Below are positions 28,101-40,923 of a stretch of DNA of 64,000 nt, one piece after another (within the stretch, counting starts at the first letter, position 1; each line of letters begins with the position of its first letter). The position numbers and the translations under genes were made by a program. The stretch comes from Eledone cirrhosa (taxonomy: Eukaryota): NCBI GenBank assembly GCA_964016885.1, contig OZ024743.1:180048001-180112000 (forward strand). The letters run 5' to 3'. Under the pieces are notes generated by a model. It did no database searches and was not told the origin of the DNA. It saw only the letters and a list, made by a program, of their open reading frames with translations.

Positions 28101-29457
28101 GGCCGGGCGGAGGTGGCGAATGCGTACATCGCATCCGTCATCTGCTACCGCCTCACCGTCGTCCCTTGCTCCAGCCCAACTCTCACCAAAATGAAGCGCC
28201 TCCTCTTCCGCTTTTTGTGGAAGGGACGCGCTCCCATGGTCAGACGATCCATCTACTTTCAACACCCGTTGCGTGGAGGACTGGGCATGTTATAGCTGAT
28301 GATGCGCAAACATGCGCTGAGGCTGCGACATCTCTGGTGCTTCTTGATGGTGTACGTGTGTGGTTGCCGTCGCCAGGCACGTTTTCCCACAGCTCGTCAC
28401 CTTGATGGAGCTGCAGTTCTGGGTCAGAAAAAGACCGAGGGATAGCGCTTGGAAACTGGAATGTCTCCAGGCGCTCACTGCCCTTTCCCAGCTGGGCACC
28501 AGTATCGGTGGAACATCCACCTCGGCGTTCTATAGAGGACTAGTGGAGGGGAAGAGCGACGACATTCTGGGAGAGATCCTGGGCGTCGAAGAAGATCAGC
28601 TGTTTGCTCTCTTCTGGAGAACTTTCAGCCCGGGGCCTATGGATAACTTCCAAAAATCCCTGACCTGGCAGTGCTACCGGCGAGCGCTGCCGGTTCGAGA
28701 TAAGCTCTACAGGCACGGAAGTGCCGTCAGCCGAACCTGTCCGAGATGCGCGCAGAGCGACGAAACCGTTGTGCACGCACTCGTTCAGTGCCCGAGCATT
28801 GCTGACTTGTGGAACTATGTCGAACAGTTGCTGTCGCGTGTGGGATTGATCCGGTTATCGACTGAGTCCATTGTGCTGATGGTCTCGCCTCTTCCTTCGA
28901 GTAGGAAGGGCAGGCGGTTTTCATCTGCCTGGTAGCCATGGCGAAAGAGATTGTGTGGTGGACAAGGTTAAAAGGGTTAAAGACAGACACTTTCCTCTTC
29001 GGCGAATCCCTAATTAACTTTTTAAACTTCCACTTGAAGAGGAAAATCAGGGTGGAGAAGCAAGAGCTGCTTTATAGCAAGTTTGTTGAAAGGTGGGTGA
29101 ATGTAGCGAGAATGGTCAGAGTGGAAGGGACCACTCTGAATATACGTCTGTAGTTTGAAAGATGGAAAAATTGAGAGAGGGCGCTTGCCCTGGGGGTCAG
29201 GGTGGACGTGGTCTTTTGTGTGGTTTTCGCCACGAGTAACCCTCGGAGGTTTCCCCCCTATTGGGGAATTTTTCATTGTTTCAATTTTCATTTTTATTGT
29301 TTATATATATATATATGTTTCTATGTCCTTTTTTTCTTTTCTTATATAAATAATAAACATATTTACACGCACAAAACCCACATCGTACCGTCCTGTGCCG
29401 TCCTGTGCCGTCTGTAATGTTTTTCTTGATGTCAGCTATTGTGGCCAATAAAGAAAT
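25105..29457 (+). mobile_element. Tx1-like LINE family B, 5'-truncated and decayed
   Basis: ORF1 C-terminus to 25719. APE/RT ORF2 ~25752-29153 with stops (GKSPGLDGLP, NFRPITMLN, CPRC..HALVQC). AATAAA at the 3' end. Confidence 0.92.
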
Positions 29458-30142
29458 CATTATAGTAATAGAGAAAGGATCACATAGTTTCTCGGATGTT
29501 CGGTATTTACACGTAAGGACCGATATGCACAAACACGTATGAATTTAGAAGTACACAGCCAGGTACCCAACAAAAATCATAGCAGTCCAAATGATGGGCC
29601 AGACTTTGCTCCTAAAATACTAAGAATAAATCAAAAAGAGAAGTTAACATTACATGACCAAAAAAAGCATGTTCGGTATAATGATTTGAACTGAGATAAT
29701 TATGTCACTGGATATTGGAGATTTATGACAAGTTTACGTTTGAAATATTGGTTAGAGTACATTAGTAAAATCTGAGCATCTCCAGAAGACAATCTTACTT
29801 TGAACTACGTGAAACCTTAGAAAAGATTCGGTTAAAATGACAAGCGAGAGATGGGGGGAACGAGAGAGAGGGAGTCGTTGATAATGGGAATTTGATTCCA
29901 TTATGTTCAGACCTAATGTGTATATACATATGTATTAATTTACCACACCACGGGAAGGTTTTACTTCCTTTGTTTTAGGGACTCGTGCTGCAAAACAGTC
30001 TAGGAGAATACAGCTTTTTAGAGGCCATCTGCCAGTTTTAACTTGGTTTACTGTTTGTGGAACACTGACTCTTATTAACCTTCTCAAGCGACTTAAGTTG
30101 TGTGAAAAGGTTCAGTAATTGTTTTTTCTAATAATAGCACAA

Positions 30143-30362
30143 GGTAGCGCGGTTGTCTGGCAGTGTAGGAGGAGCTTCAGACAATACGCTTTGTGTCATA
30201 GAGTTGCACCTCTTTGCGATCTGAGTTCGAGTCATGCCGAAGCTGGATTAGCCTTTCATCCTTGTCGGGTCGATAAAGTAGCAATAATGTACTGAGGTTG
30301 ATTTAATCGAATTCCTCCCCAACCCCCTCAAAATTGTTGGCCTTGTGACTAAATTAGAAACC
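30143..30362 (+). mobile_element. tRNA-headed Deu/Nin-domain-like SINE (diverged)
   Basis: B-box-like 'gagttcgagtc', core 'gcctttcatccttgtcgggtcgataaa', tail 'ggccttgtg..tagaaac'. Confidence 0.75.
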
Positions 30363-30535
30363 AGGCCAACAGTTTGGGAGTAGAAGAAAGTCGATTATAT
30401 CGCATCAATACAATTATTTAACGAAGTAAAGAAGGGAAGAGCAAAGTTGACCAAAGTGGGATTTGAATTCAGAATATAAAGGGTTGTAACTAAAGGCCGG
30501 GAAGCATTTTGTCCCATACTCTAACGGTTTGCTAA
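30363..30535 (-). mobile_element. Diverged copy of the same SINE, opposite orientation
   Basis: 'gcaaagttgaccaaagtgggatttgaattcagaa' matches the SINE head reversed. Confidence 0.6.
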
Positions 30536-31176
30536 GACATGATTTGGATAGTTATGACAATTTTCATAGAATAAAAAAAAGAAAACCCTATATACATACA
30601 TATATATATATACATATACATATATATATGGGGGGGGGGGGTTTTAGAAAAATCGAAGCTTTGGCTGTGGGCAAGCAAAGTCGACCTACAATATCAATAA
30701 GTTAGCAAAGCACTCGATTAGGGTAGGTCCTTAGAGTAACAACATACGTTTAAATAGCTTGACAAATTGAACATTGTAGTAGGCGAAACCTAACACACAA
30801 TACCAGAGCAACGAAAGAACTAACAGGTTAAAATATATATATATATATATAAAATACAATATGTTGAAAAGGTAACACACTAGAGAGAGATAGTGTGCCA
30901 TCAATAAAACAGGGAAGCGTTACTTTTTCAACATATTGTATTTTAAAGAGCTAAGGATTGCTTTTCTTTTGAGCACATTTTTGACAGAGAATAATGAGAG
31001 TCTATGGCTCCGTTAATTTATCGTGATATATATATATATATATATAACGAAGGAAGTGTGGTAAGAAGCCAGGTGAACCGTAACGCACCAGAGTACTCGA
31101 TACTTAGGGTAGTAGAGTGGGTAATAGGAAAAGAATCAGGACCCCGACGGCTGAGCTCCGGAGTCCTGACTCTTTT

Positions 31177-31246
<70 letters not shown>

Positions 31247-31283
31247 CATAAATACATACATACATGAATGTATATGCATATGT

Positions 31284-31332
<49 letters not shown>

Positions 31333-31335
<3 letters not shown>

Positions 31336-31502
31336 GTTTCTACTTTTGGCACAAGGCCAGTAATTACTTTATTTCATCCACCCCATAAGGATGATAGGCA
31401 AAGTTAGCCTCGGTGGGATTTGAACTCAGAATGGGAAGGGTCGTAACTCTATGTGTCAATGCATGGTGTCCGACCCTCTACCGATACTGCCAACCCACCG
31501 CT
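31333..31502 (-). mobile_element. Deu/Nin-type SINE
   Basis: Colinear with 39170-39353. Confidence 0.8.
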
Positions 31503-31592
31503 ATATAATAATAAGGGTTTAGATCAATATCCTGTGAATTTGATCTCGTTGTTTACAATTTGTATACATACTCGTATGTATGTATGTATATG

Positions 31593-31631
<39 letters not shown>

Positions 31632-31764
31632 GTGTGTGTCTATATGTGTGTGTGTATGTGTGTGTGTATATATATATGTATATATGGGTATGTATGTGTA
31701 TATGTGTGTGTACATGTGTGTGTGTATATATGTATATATATATATATATATATGTGTGTTGTGA

Positions 31765-31808
<44 letters not shown>

Positions 31809-32564
31809 ATGTATATGTGTCTATGTATTTATATGTGTATATGTATGTGTCTCTGTATATATGTGTGTGTATATATATGTATATATATGTGTATATATAT
31901 ATATATATATGTGTATGTATATGTGTATGTATATATATATGTATATATATCGATGTGTATTTTATATTTTACTTGTTTATATATATATATTTTTTTAATA
32001 TTCTTCTTTTTATTTCTAAATTTATAGATACATTTTTAAATAGGCAGTTTGTCTGACACACGTAAATACTGACCCCCCCCCACCTACTTTCTGTATCTGG
32101 ATCTAAATATATGTGGCAGTGCTTATGTGCGTGCCTTAATGTCCATGTGCTTATGATAATAATATATACACATATATGTGTGTGTGTGTGTGTGGGTGTG
32201 TGTGTGTGTGTATGTTCGTGGTTATGTGTATGTTTATGCGTATATGCGCGTGTGTGTGTGAATGTATGTTTATGTGTGTATATATGAATGTATGTATGTT
32301 TATATACGTATATGTATTTTATCTGTAGATTATAGACATACAGAGACATTAGCCCTGAATTTTTGTATTTACATACATTTTTTCGACATGCGTATGCATG
32401 TGAACATATATTTTTATGCATATATGTGAACGAAGTTACTTACATATATACACACACCTAACTGTATTTTCTGGACATATTTCTGTGTATTTCATTGGTC
32501 AATTTGAACTCTGTTCCCAAACAGACCTGTAATTTTGAATTGTTGTTATTATCAATAAATATAT

Positions 32565-32717
32565 TTCATTATTTCTGAAGACGGCATATATATGTGTTGG
32601 TATGTATATTAAATTTGATAGTTTGTATAATTTTGTATAATTTTGTACATAGATCTGTTGAATATGCATGCCAATTCTAACACATATATGTCCTAGAAAC
32701 GATCGTTAAATAATGAA
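32565..32717 (+). ncRNA. Candidate type-I hammerhead ribozyme (Penelope-type) with long stem II
   Basis: Stem I ttcattattt/aaataatgaa, CTGAAGA at 32575, GAAAC at 32696, palindromic ACGATCGT stem III, GUU site. Confidence 0.6.
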
Positions 32718-32771
32718 CTTTTTTTGTTTAATATAAGGAACTGTTTCATTGTTTTATTCATTATTTTTTTA

Positions 32772-32835
<64 letters not shown>

Positions 32836-32900
32836 TTTCAGAAGATCCCGTTAAGGGTGAAAGCAGCGATTCTTTGCTTAAACTTTAATCTGTTATTTTA

Positions 32901-32941
<41 letters not shown>

Positions 32942-32946
32942 TATGC

Positions 32947-33017
<71 letters not shown>

Positions 33018-33409
33018 GAGAGGGAGAGCGAGAGGGGTGGGGGAGAGAGATGCTCTATTCCGTGTCAACAATTACAAGAATGTGTATCATGTGCGAATTT
33101 TTTGTGAAAATCTGTTGGAAGAAAAGATTTTAAATTACACAATTGATACGAATTCCAATATATTTAAGTACACCATTATATAAACTTGAGCATACACACA
33201 CAAACACGCACACACGCACACGCACATACACACATACACACACATATATATATATTCATATATGTATATATATATATATATATGAATATATATATATGAA
33301 AGGTATAGAAATTATTGTAGCAAGAAGCCAACAGTATTCCATAATATAATATAATATATACATATATACACACAGACACACACACACATACACACACACA
33401 CAGAAACAT

Positions 33410-33461
<52 letters not shown>

Positions 33462-33481
33462 ATATATGTTTGTGTGTGTGC

Positions 33482-33525
<44 letters not shown>

Positions 33526-34037
33526 ATATATGTATATATGTATATATGTATATATATATATGCAGATATGTATGTGTGTATTAATTCTCCTTAGATTAAC
33601 TAAACGCACTGAGAAGGGGAAAAAAGAGGAAAAAGACATGCGATAATACAAGTGTATAATAGAGAGGTGTTGGGGAAGGCCGCTATATGATAAACAGACT
33701 GTTAATTAGGTACGATATAAAGGCGGAAACATCTTTCAATGGAGACGGAGATGAAAAAGACAGTGTAAACAATTGTAAAGAAATGTTTAACAACATGAAA
33801 TTTCTTTGAAGGAAAAGAAATAATATATTTTTTGTGCGTTGATTCTTTCTACTATGAAATAAAAGAAACATTTCAATGGCTTTGTAGATCACACACCAAT
33901 ACTCACATATGTATGTAAGTTATATATATATATATATGTTTATGTGTATGTATGTATGAATGTATATATGTATGTTTGTATGCTTGTGCGTATGTATGTG
34001 AGAGAATTTATAGAGAAATAAATGTGTTTTATGTATA

Positions 34038-34080
<43 letters not shown>

Positions 34081-34228
34081 GAAGTTAGTATGCCCGTGGG
34101 TACTAAGTACCCCTGGAAATACATAGGCGAAACCGATCGGTAAGAGCCATACGAATAGGTAAATATTTAAATTATATTTTTTAATTTATTTTAAAAAAAT
34201 TGGTTGAATTTTGCTTGTTCCGCTTATA

Positions 34229-34279
<51 letters not shown>

Positions 34280-34529
34280 ACGTAAAACCTCACCTCTAGA
34301 ACAGCCCTTAAAACAGCTAAATGCTCTTAGAGTCAGTGATGGCCAATATTCCTCGGAGGACAGATATCATCGGTCAGTGGTCAACAGGGAGACAATCCAC
34401 AAGCTGGATGACAGGCAGATGAAATATAGAAATGATTGAAAAAGGAGGAGGACAAGGAGAAGTGTGTTGTCGCAGAGAAGTGACTGAAGAAGGAAATAAA
34501 GGAAGGCGATGTACAAAAACAAGTTTACA

Positions 34530-34785
34530 CAACTTGCGCAATCCCGAGCAGGTCTATACACGACAACCTCCGCCTCATGCGATAAATTATAAAAAGGGTA
34601 GAGTGTAAACCTGGCTTCGGTGGGGCTCTGATCAATTTAGATCAATCAAAAATTTGCGATAGGGTCGACCATCCATACTCGGTGGCTACCCTTCAATTAG
34701 CTGGCCTCAGTCCCGTCTTCAGAGACGAGATCGCTGCAATGCACAGTGACATCTGCTCGGTGGTCAAAGTTAATGACCAACTTTC
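34530..34785 (+). mobile_element. Diverged Tx1-like RT fragment
   Basis: CAIPSRSIHDNLRLMR..GALINLDQSK..DRVDH. Confidence 0.8.
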
Positions 34786-34924
34786 AGTTCAAATCCCGCC
34801 GAGGTAAGCTTTCTCTTTCAACCTTCCGGGATCAATAAAATAAAGCATCAGTAATGCACCTGGGTCGATTTAATCGACTTTCTCTTTTTCTAAAATTGTT
34901 GGCCTTGTCCGTAAAGCAGAAACC
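34786..34924 (+). mobile_element. Partial Deu/Nin-type SINE
   Basis: 'agttcaaatcccgccgaggt..ggccttgt..gaaacc' followed by (ATT)n. Confidence 0.7.
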
Positions 34925-34957
34925 ATTATTATTACAATTATTATTATTATTATTATT

Positions 34958-37900
34958 AACCATTTATTCAAGTTTTACACTTGATAAAAGTTTAGAAGTG
35001 ACCAACCTAATACAGGGGTTTATTCGTAAATAATATCGGGTGTCATATTATGGAAAAAATTATTTGAAAAAAGTTTCTTTCAACATGGATAACACAAGAA
35101 AGAGGGAGAGCGCTGTCAGACAACACAGAGAGAGGGGTATTTTGTCAACATGTCAACAAGACAGCGTTCTAGCGAAGGTAAGTATAAAAGAAAAAGAAAA
35201 TATTATGAAGGAAAAGAGGAACAATATCATTTTTAATGATATTGTTTCAGATTTAAAATTACCAAATATTACTAACACAAACAACACCAACAATAACACC
35301 AACAACAATACCATCAATAACGACAGCAACAACAAAAATAACACGATAAGATCGAGGAAGAAAATAACAATGACAATAACAACAGCCACAACAACAATAA
35401 CAGTGGGAACAGTATCAACAAAAACAACAATAATGACAACAATAACAGCAACGACTGTACCAACGAAAACATCAACAATGACATCAATACCAGTAACAGC
35501 GATCTCAGCATCACCAGGAAGACCCGTAGCGGCAGCAATAGTGGTGTCGCTGAAAAAGGGGCCACTTCTTTTGCAGGTGTGGCTCAAAATATCCAAACAA
35601 TGCTAGTCACAGAGGAGGAGATGGCAGTCGCAAGGGCCATGGTGACAAGAAACGCCAATAGAGTTTCCCTGAAACCTCCTCCCGATTTTTTCAAGGACCA
35701 GCAGCTACGGACGGTGACTTACCGCACCGTAAACAAAATGTCACATCGGGTGGAGAGAGCCACTGAGGCTCAAATCTAAAAGTCCTTGGGGTGCGTCTGG
35801 GCGCGCAAAAACCCACATCACCCGAGGCAGAAAGTATGTCACAGTAAACGTACTTTTCGCTACCCTGCAAGAGGCGAAGTCTCATTCTTTGGTGCCCTCC
35901 TACTGCGGGCAGAAAATTCTGAGGGTCAAAGTGACTCAGGTCCCACCCGACGTGCCCATACCTTGGCTGGCCGCGTCTGTCCTTGCTGGAATCGTGGACA
36001 GGACGACCATGCTGCAAGTAGAGAAAATATGGAGAGAGAACTGATTCGGCATAGGCATGCAAATGCTAATACAAACTGACCAGGAGTGTATCGAAGCTAT
36101 CCCCGATATCATAAACCTCGAGGAAGGACTCCAACTCCCTATAAGAGTGGATGAAAGACGCCCAAAATGTTATCCCTGTGGGTCAAAGGGTCACCTCAGG
36201 GCCTTTTGCCCGCAGAAGACAGCGAAGAAGAAGGTCCCCTCTCCTTCCAATGACTGGTCCGCTGCTACCAAGAGCAGGGCAGGCAACAAACGCAGAAGAC
36301 CCTTCCACGGTGAGTAGGAGGGCAACTTCCGTGGCACCCATACCAAGGCCACGGACAACTAAAACAGCAGCATCAGTGGCGGTAATACCAGTAGCTACAA
36401 TTGCAGTAGCTGCACAAGTAACAAAATCGCCGGACAGGGCTCCACTACCACCACCAACAGCCGTGGAGCACATACCCCTCCCAGACGCCACGGAATCCGA
36501 CAAGGAGTCTGAGGCGGGAGTGGAGTGGCAAACGGTCTGCCACAAAAAAAAACAAAAAACCAAAAAAACCCTTAGCGTCACCCTCCAAAAACGAAGGCAA
36601 ACAAAGAGGGGTTAAGCTTGCAAGGCGACTCGCAGCAACGCCACCACCATCACCCCAAGAATCACCACACCACCACCACCAGCATCACCACAAATATCAA
36701 CATTCGCAAACACAAGACAAACATACCCAACAGTTACAACCAGAAAACACCAACAAAACTGGGGTCCCCCAGAAAAAAAGCATTACACAGCCATAAACAT
36801 GGCAAATAAAGAACTCTTAGAACATATAAAGCAGCACACAGACATTACGGACAAAATTTACTTCACCCCGCCAACACCAAGAACTTTCCCGAAAAATATA
36901 AACATTATTGAAATTAAAATAGAACATTATAAAAAGTTAAAAGAAAAATTCCCCAACGCAGCTGGAGACTTCAGAGGGTCAGTTACCAAAAGGATATACA
37001 CCGACATCATCTTGGAAACACCCATAACCAGCCAAAGGGACGGTTCAATTGTCCCTTTCCCACACGATCAGGGTAGGTGATCCTTTCTCACTTACTCCAT
37101 TCCTCACCCAACATGGCCTTACTTAGATTAGGCAGTATAAATGTACGTGGCCTGGGGTCATCTTGGAAGCAGGGCTACCTGCTTAACGATCCCAGGTCAC
37201 TAAACATAGATGTGGTGGCCATCAGCGAGACCAGAATTTCCGAAGCACGAGACATCGCACCGATCTTCGGTGGCTACGATGTATACGCATCTGCCAGCCG
37301 TCCGGGGCAGGTGGTGGAGTTGCTGTGCTTTTTCGGATCTCGCCATGCGGATCTCGCCATGCGGGCCTTCTTCGTGGACCCAGAAAGTAAGTCGGTGGTG
37401 GTGGACGTGACCAGCAGCGAAGGCAATGCTTTCAGGCTAGTAGCCGTCTACGCCCCAACAGGGGCAGGACGGCCAGATTTCTCCAGACGTCTAGAGACCT
37501 TTCTTTGAACGTCCCGCTCTTTAGTGTTAGTGGGTGCCTGGAACGGTATCTTAGATGCACACTGGGATTATGTGAGGCTAGGAAGACAGGGCAGGAGGGT
37601 GTAAAAGCCTCAGCAACCTGCTCAGATGTTTTGAACTGTCTGACAGGTATAGACTGTATCCGAATGTGCCAGTGTGGGCATGGGCAAACCGCATCGGGTC
37701 ATCCAGATCGTATTTAGATAGGGTATTCTGTAGGGAAACCGATAAGGCTAGTGTAGGTTGTCCACAATTTAAATTAGTCGACTACGCCGACCACAAATTT
37801 GTGATCTGTGAAGTTGACTTAGATAGTCTCCATAGGCAAGGGCCCGGCTACTGGAAGCTGAACACATCGTTCCCGGTGCGCAAAGCTTACAGAGTCCGGA

Positions 37901-40897
37901 TTAGCGAATTAGTTAAGCGTGCATTGACGGGTGCGATCGTCAACAACAGGTTGTGGTTTACCCTGAAAAGGGCTATTAGAGTAGAATCGATAAGGTTTAG
38001 CAAAGGAGTAGTGATAGAGGAAAATAGAGTAGAGGGAGAGTTAGTTAGAAAGCTAGAAGAGGCGTTTAGGACAGGCATGGGCAACCGACGTGCTTGCGGC
38101 GAGATTGGCACTGGACCAATTCTTCAACGCAAAGCATGAAGGCTGCGTTGTCAGAGCTAGAACGCGTGCTCTAAGACACGAGGGGACGAAAGCCGTTCAA
38201 TGGGCCCGCGTAGTGGAGGCGTGACGTGGTAACGAATCCACAATTCGGTCTTTGCCTGATCAAAACGGGCGCATGTTGCTCGAACCCGAGCAGATGTGAG
38301 CAGCTTTTCCACAGTACTTTGTTCAATTGTTCGGGAGCGGCGACGGGCCGGATCGGAGTATGGACTTCGGTGAAATACGGGACGCGATGTCTGACTGCAC
38401 GAGGGGTAAATCGCCAGGTTTGGATGGTCTGCCCTACGAGCTTTATGCGTACATGCCAGACTTGTTCGGCGACCTTTTTGCAGATGTCTACTGCAACTGG
38501 CAGCAGAACGGATGCATTCCCACTTTTGTGAGCCGGGTAGTGGTGGCGCTGCTGAGAAAAGACCCAAACAAGGGGACGTTATAGACAACTTCAGGCCCAT
38601 AAATCTGCTAAACGCAGAGTTTAAGATTTTGGCAAATGTGTTAGCAAAGAGATTGGCGCTTGTCGTCGGTGATCTGGTGGGATAGCCACAGATATGTGCC
38701 ATCCCGGACAGATCCATCCACGACAACCTCCATCTCATGCGATACATCATAGAGAGGGTGGTTAAGGAACATGGCACGGGTGGAGCCCTGATCAACTTGG
38801 ATCAATCTAAAGCATTTGATAGGGTCGACCATCGGTATCTGGCTGCGGTCCTCGAGGCGGCAGGCTTCGGGCCCGCTTTTAGGGGCTGGATCGCTGCGAT
38901 GGACAGCGACATCTGCTCGATTGTGAGGGTGAATGGTCACCTGTCCCAGCCTCTCAGCATCATACGGTCGGTCCGCCAGGGTTGTCCCCTCTCGTCCCTC
39001 TTGTACGTCTGACCCTAGAGTCGTTACTACACAAATTGGAGACGGGATGCGGGAGATCCATGTCAGCTTACGCCGACGACGTCACCGTGGTGGTGTCGAG
39101 CCCCAAACAAGTCCAGATGCTCGGCACCGCTCTCAAGGATTACGAAGCGGAGACAGGAGCAAAGATAATTGTTTCTACTTTTCGCACAAGGCCAGCAATT
39201 ACCCAGAGTATTACTGGTACTTTATTTTATCGACCCCGTAAGGATGAAAGGCAAAGTCAACCTCGGCGGGATTTGAACTCAGATCGTAAAGGGACGTAAC
39301 TATGCTGGAAAGCATGGTGTCCGACCCTCTATCGATACTGCCAATCCACCGCCACAGGAGCAAAGATAATGCAAGAAAAGTCGGTGGGCTTTTAACTCGG
39401 CACCTGGAGAGGCAAGTCCATGCCGTCCGACAGCGTCGTGGGGCGCTGGACGGAAGAACCGGTTAAATTGCTCCGGTTCTGGTTCGATCCGGACCTCCAG
39501 ATGGAGAAAAACTGGAGAGAGGTTACGAGCAGGGTGGCCTCTCTCACCCAGAAATGGGCCGAGAGGAGGCAGTCTCTGAAAGGTCGGGCGGAGGTGGCGA
39601 ATTCGTACATAGCGTCGGTCATCAGCTACCGCCTGACCGTCGTACCTTGCCTTCGCCCAACTTCGACCAAAATGGAGTGCCTTCTGTTCCGCTTTTTGTT
39701 GAAGGGACGTGCTCCCATGGTCAGACGATCCATCTGCTGTCAACACCCGTTGCGTGGAAGACTAGGCATACCGTGGCTGATGATGCGCAAACATGCGCTG
39801 AGGCTGCGACATCTCTGGTGCTTCCTTGACGCTGAACAGGTGTGTCGCCGTTTGCCAGACGCGCTTTTCCCCAGCTCGTCTCCTTGAGTTAGCTGTAGTC
39901 CTGGATCAGGAAAAGACCGAGGGATAGCGCTTGGAAGTTGGAATGTCTCCAAGCGCTCACCGCCCTCTACCGGCTGGGCACTAGTATCGGTGGAACATCC
40001 ACCTCGGCGTTCTATAGAGGGCTAGTGGAGGGAAAGAGCGACGACATCCTCGGGGATACTTTGGGCGTCAAAGACGATCAGCTGTTCGCTCTCTTCAAGA
40101 GAACTTTCAGCCCGGGGCCTATGGACAACTTCCAGAAATTCCGGGCCTGGCAGTGCTACCGGGGAGCGTTGCCGGTTCGGGATAATCTCTACAGGCACGG
40201 AGGTGCTGTCAGCCGAGCCTTTCCGAGATGCGCGCAGGGCGACGAAACCGTCCTGCATGCACTCGTTCAGTGCCCGAGAATTGCTGACTTGTGGAGCTAT
40301 GTCGAATAGCTGCTGTCGCGTGTAGGACGGATCCGGTTATCGACTGAGTCCATTGCGCAGATATCCCCTCCGTCCTCCTTTAAAGAGGAGAAAGGGAAGG
40401 CTGTTTTCATCTGCCTGGTGGCCATGGCGAAAGAGATTGTGTGGTGGACAAGATTGAAAGGGTTGAAGACAGACACTTTCCTCTCCGGCCAATCCCTGAT
40501 TAACCTTTTCAAGTTTCACTTGAAGAGGAAAATCAGGGAGGAGAGGCAAGTGCTGACTTCTAGTAAGTTTGTTGAAAGGTGGGTAAAAGTGGCGAGTCTG
40601 GTCCGAGTGAACACTCTGAGTATACGCATGTAGACTGAGGTGTGGGAAAAGATAGAAAGGGTTCTTGCCCTGGTGGTCAGGGTGGCCGTGGTCTTTTGTG
40701 TGGTTTTCACCACGAGTGACCCTCGGAAGTTTCCCCCTTCTTGGGGAATTTTTGTTGTTTAAATTTTTTTGGATTTCTAGCTCGATTTTGTTATAACCTG
40801 TTTACACGACCAAAACCCAATTTGTATCGTCCTGTACTGTTCTGTGCCGTCGCTAATGTTTTTCTTCGTGTCAGCCCTTATGGCCAATAAAGAAAAC
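34958..40897 (+). mobile_element. Tx1-like LINE family B, apparently full-length, decayed
   Basis: ORF1 ~35085-37080 (RPKCYPCGSKGHLRAFC knuckle). ORF2 37113-40633 with many frameshifts. (ATT)n on both sides. Confidence 0.9.
39170..39353 (-). mobile_element. SINE inserted in Tx1 ORF2 with 17-bp TSD
   Basis: acaggagcaaagataat at 39153-39169 and 39354-39370. Confidence 0.93.
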
Positions 40898-40923
40898 ATT
40901 ATTATTAGTATTATTATTATTAT

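Larger units (their letters stand above)
31026..34277. repeat. Second cluster of compound (TA)n/(TG)n/(CA)n microsatellites with short unique inserts
   Basis: Direct reading. Confidence 0.95.

Noticed and set aside
34078-34150. Partial hammerheads (GAAACCGATCGGTA here; also ~2290-2330 and ~32838-32870)
   Set aside because: The CUGANGA box or stem I is missing or mutated, so these are at most decayed Penelope-type relics.
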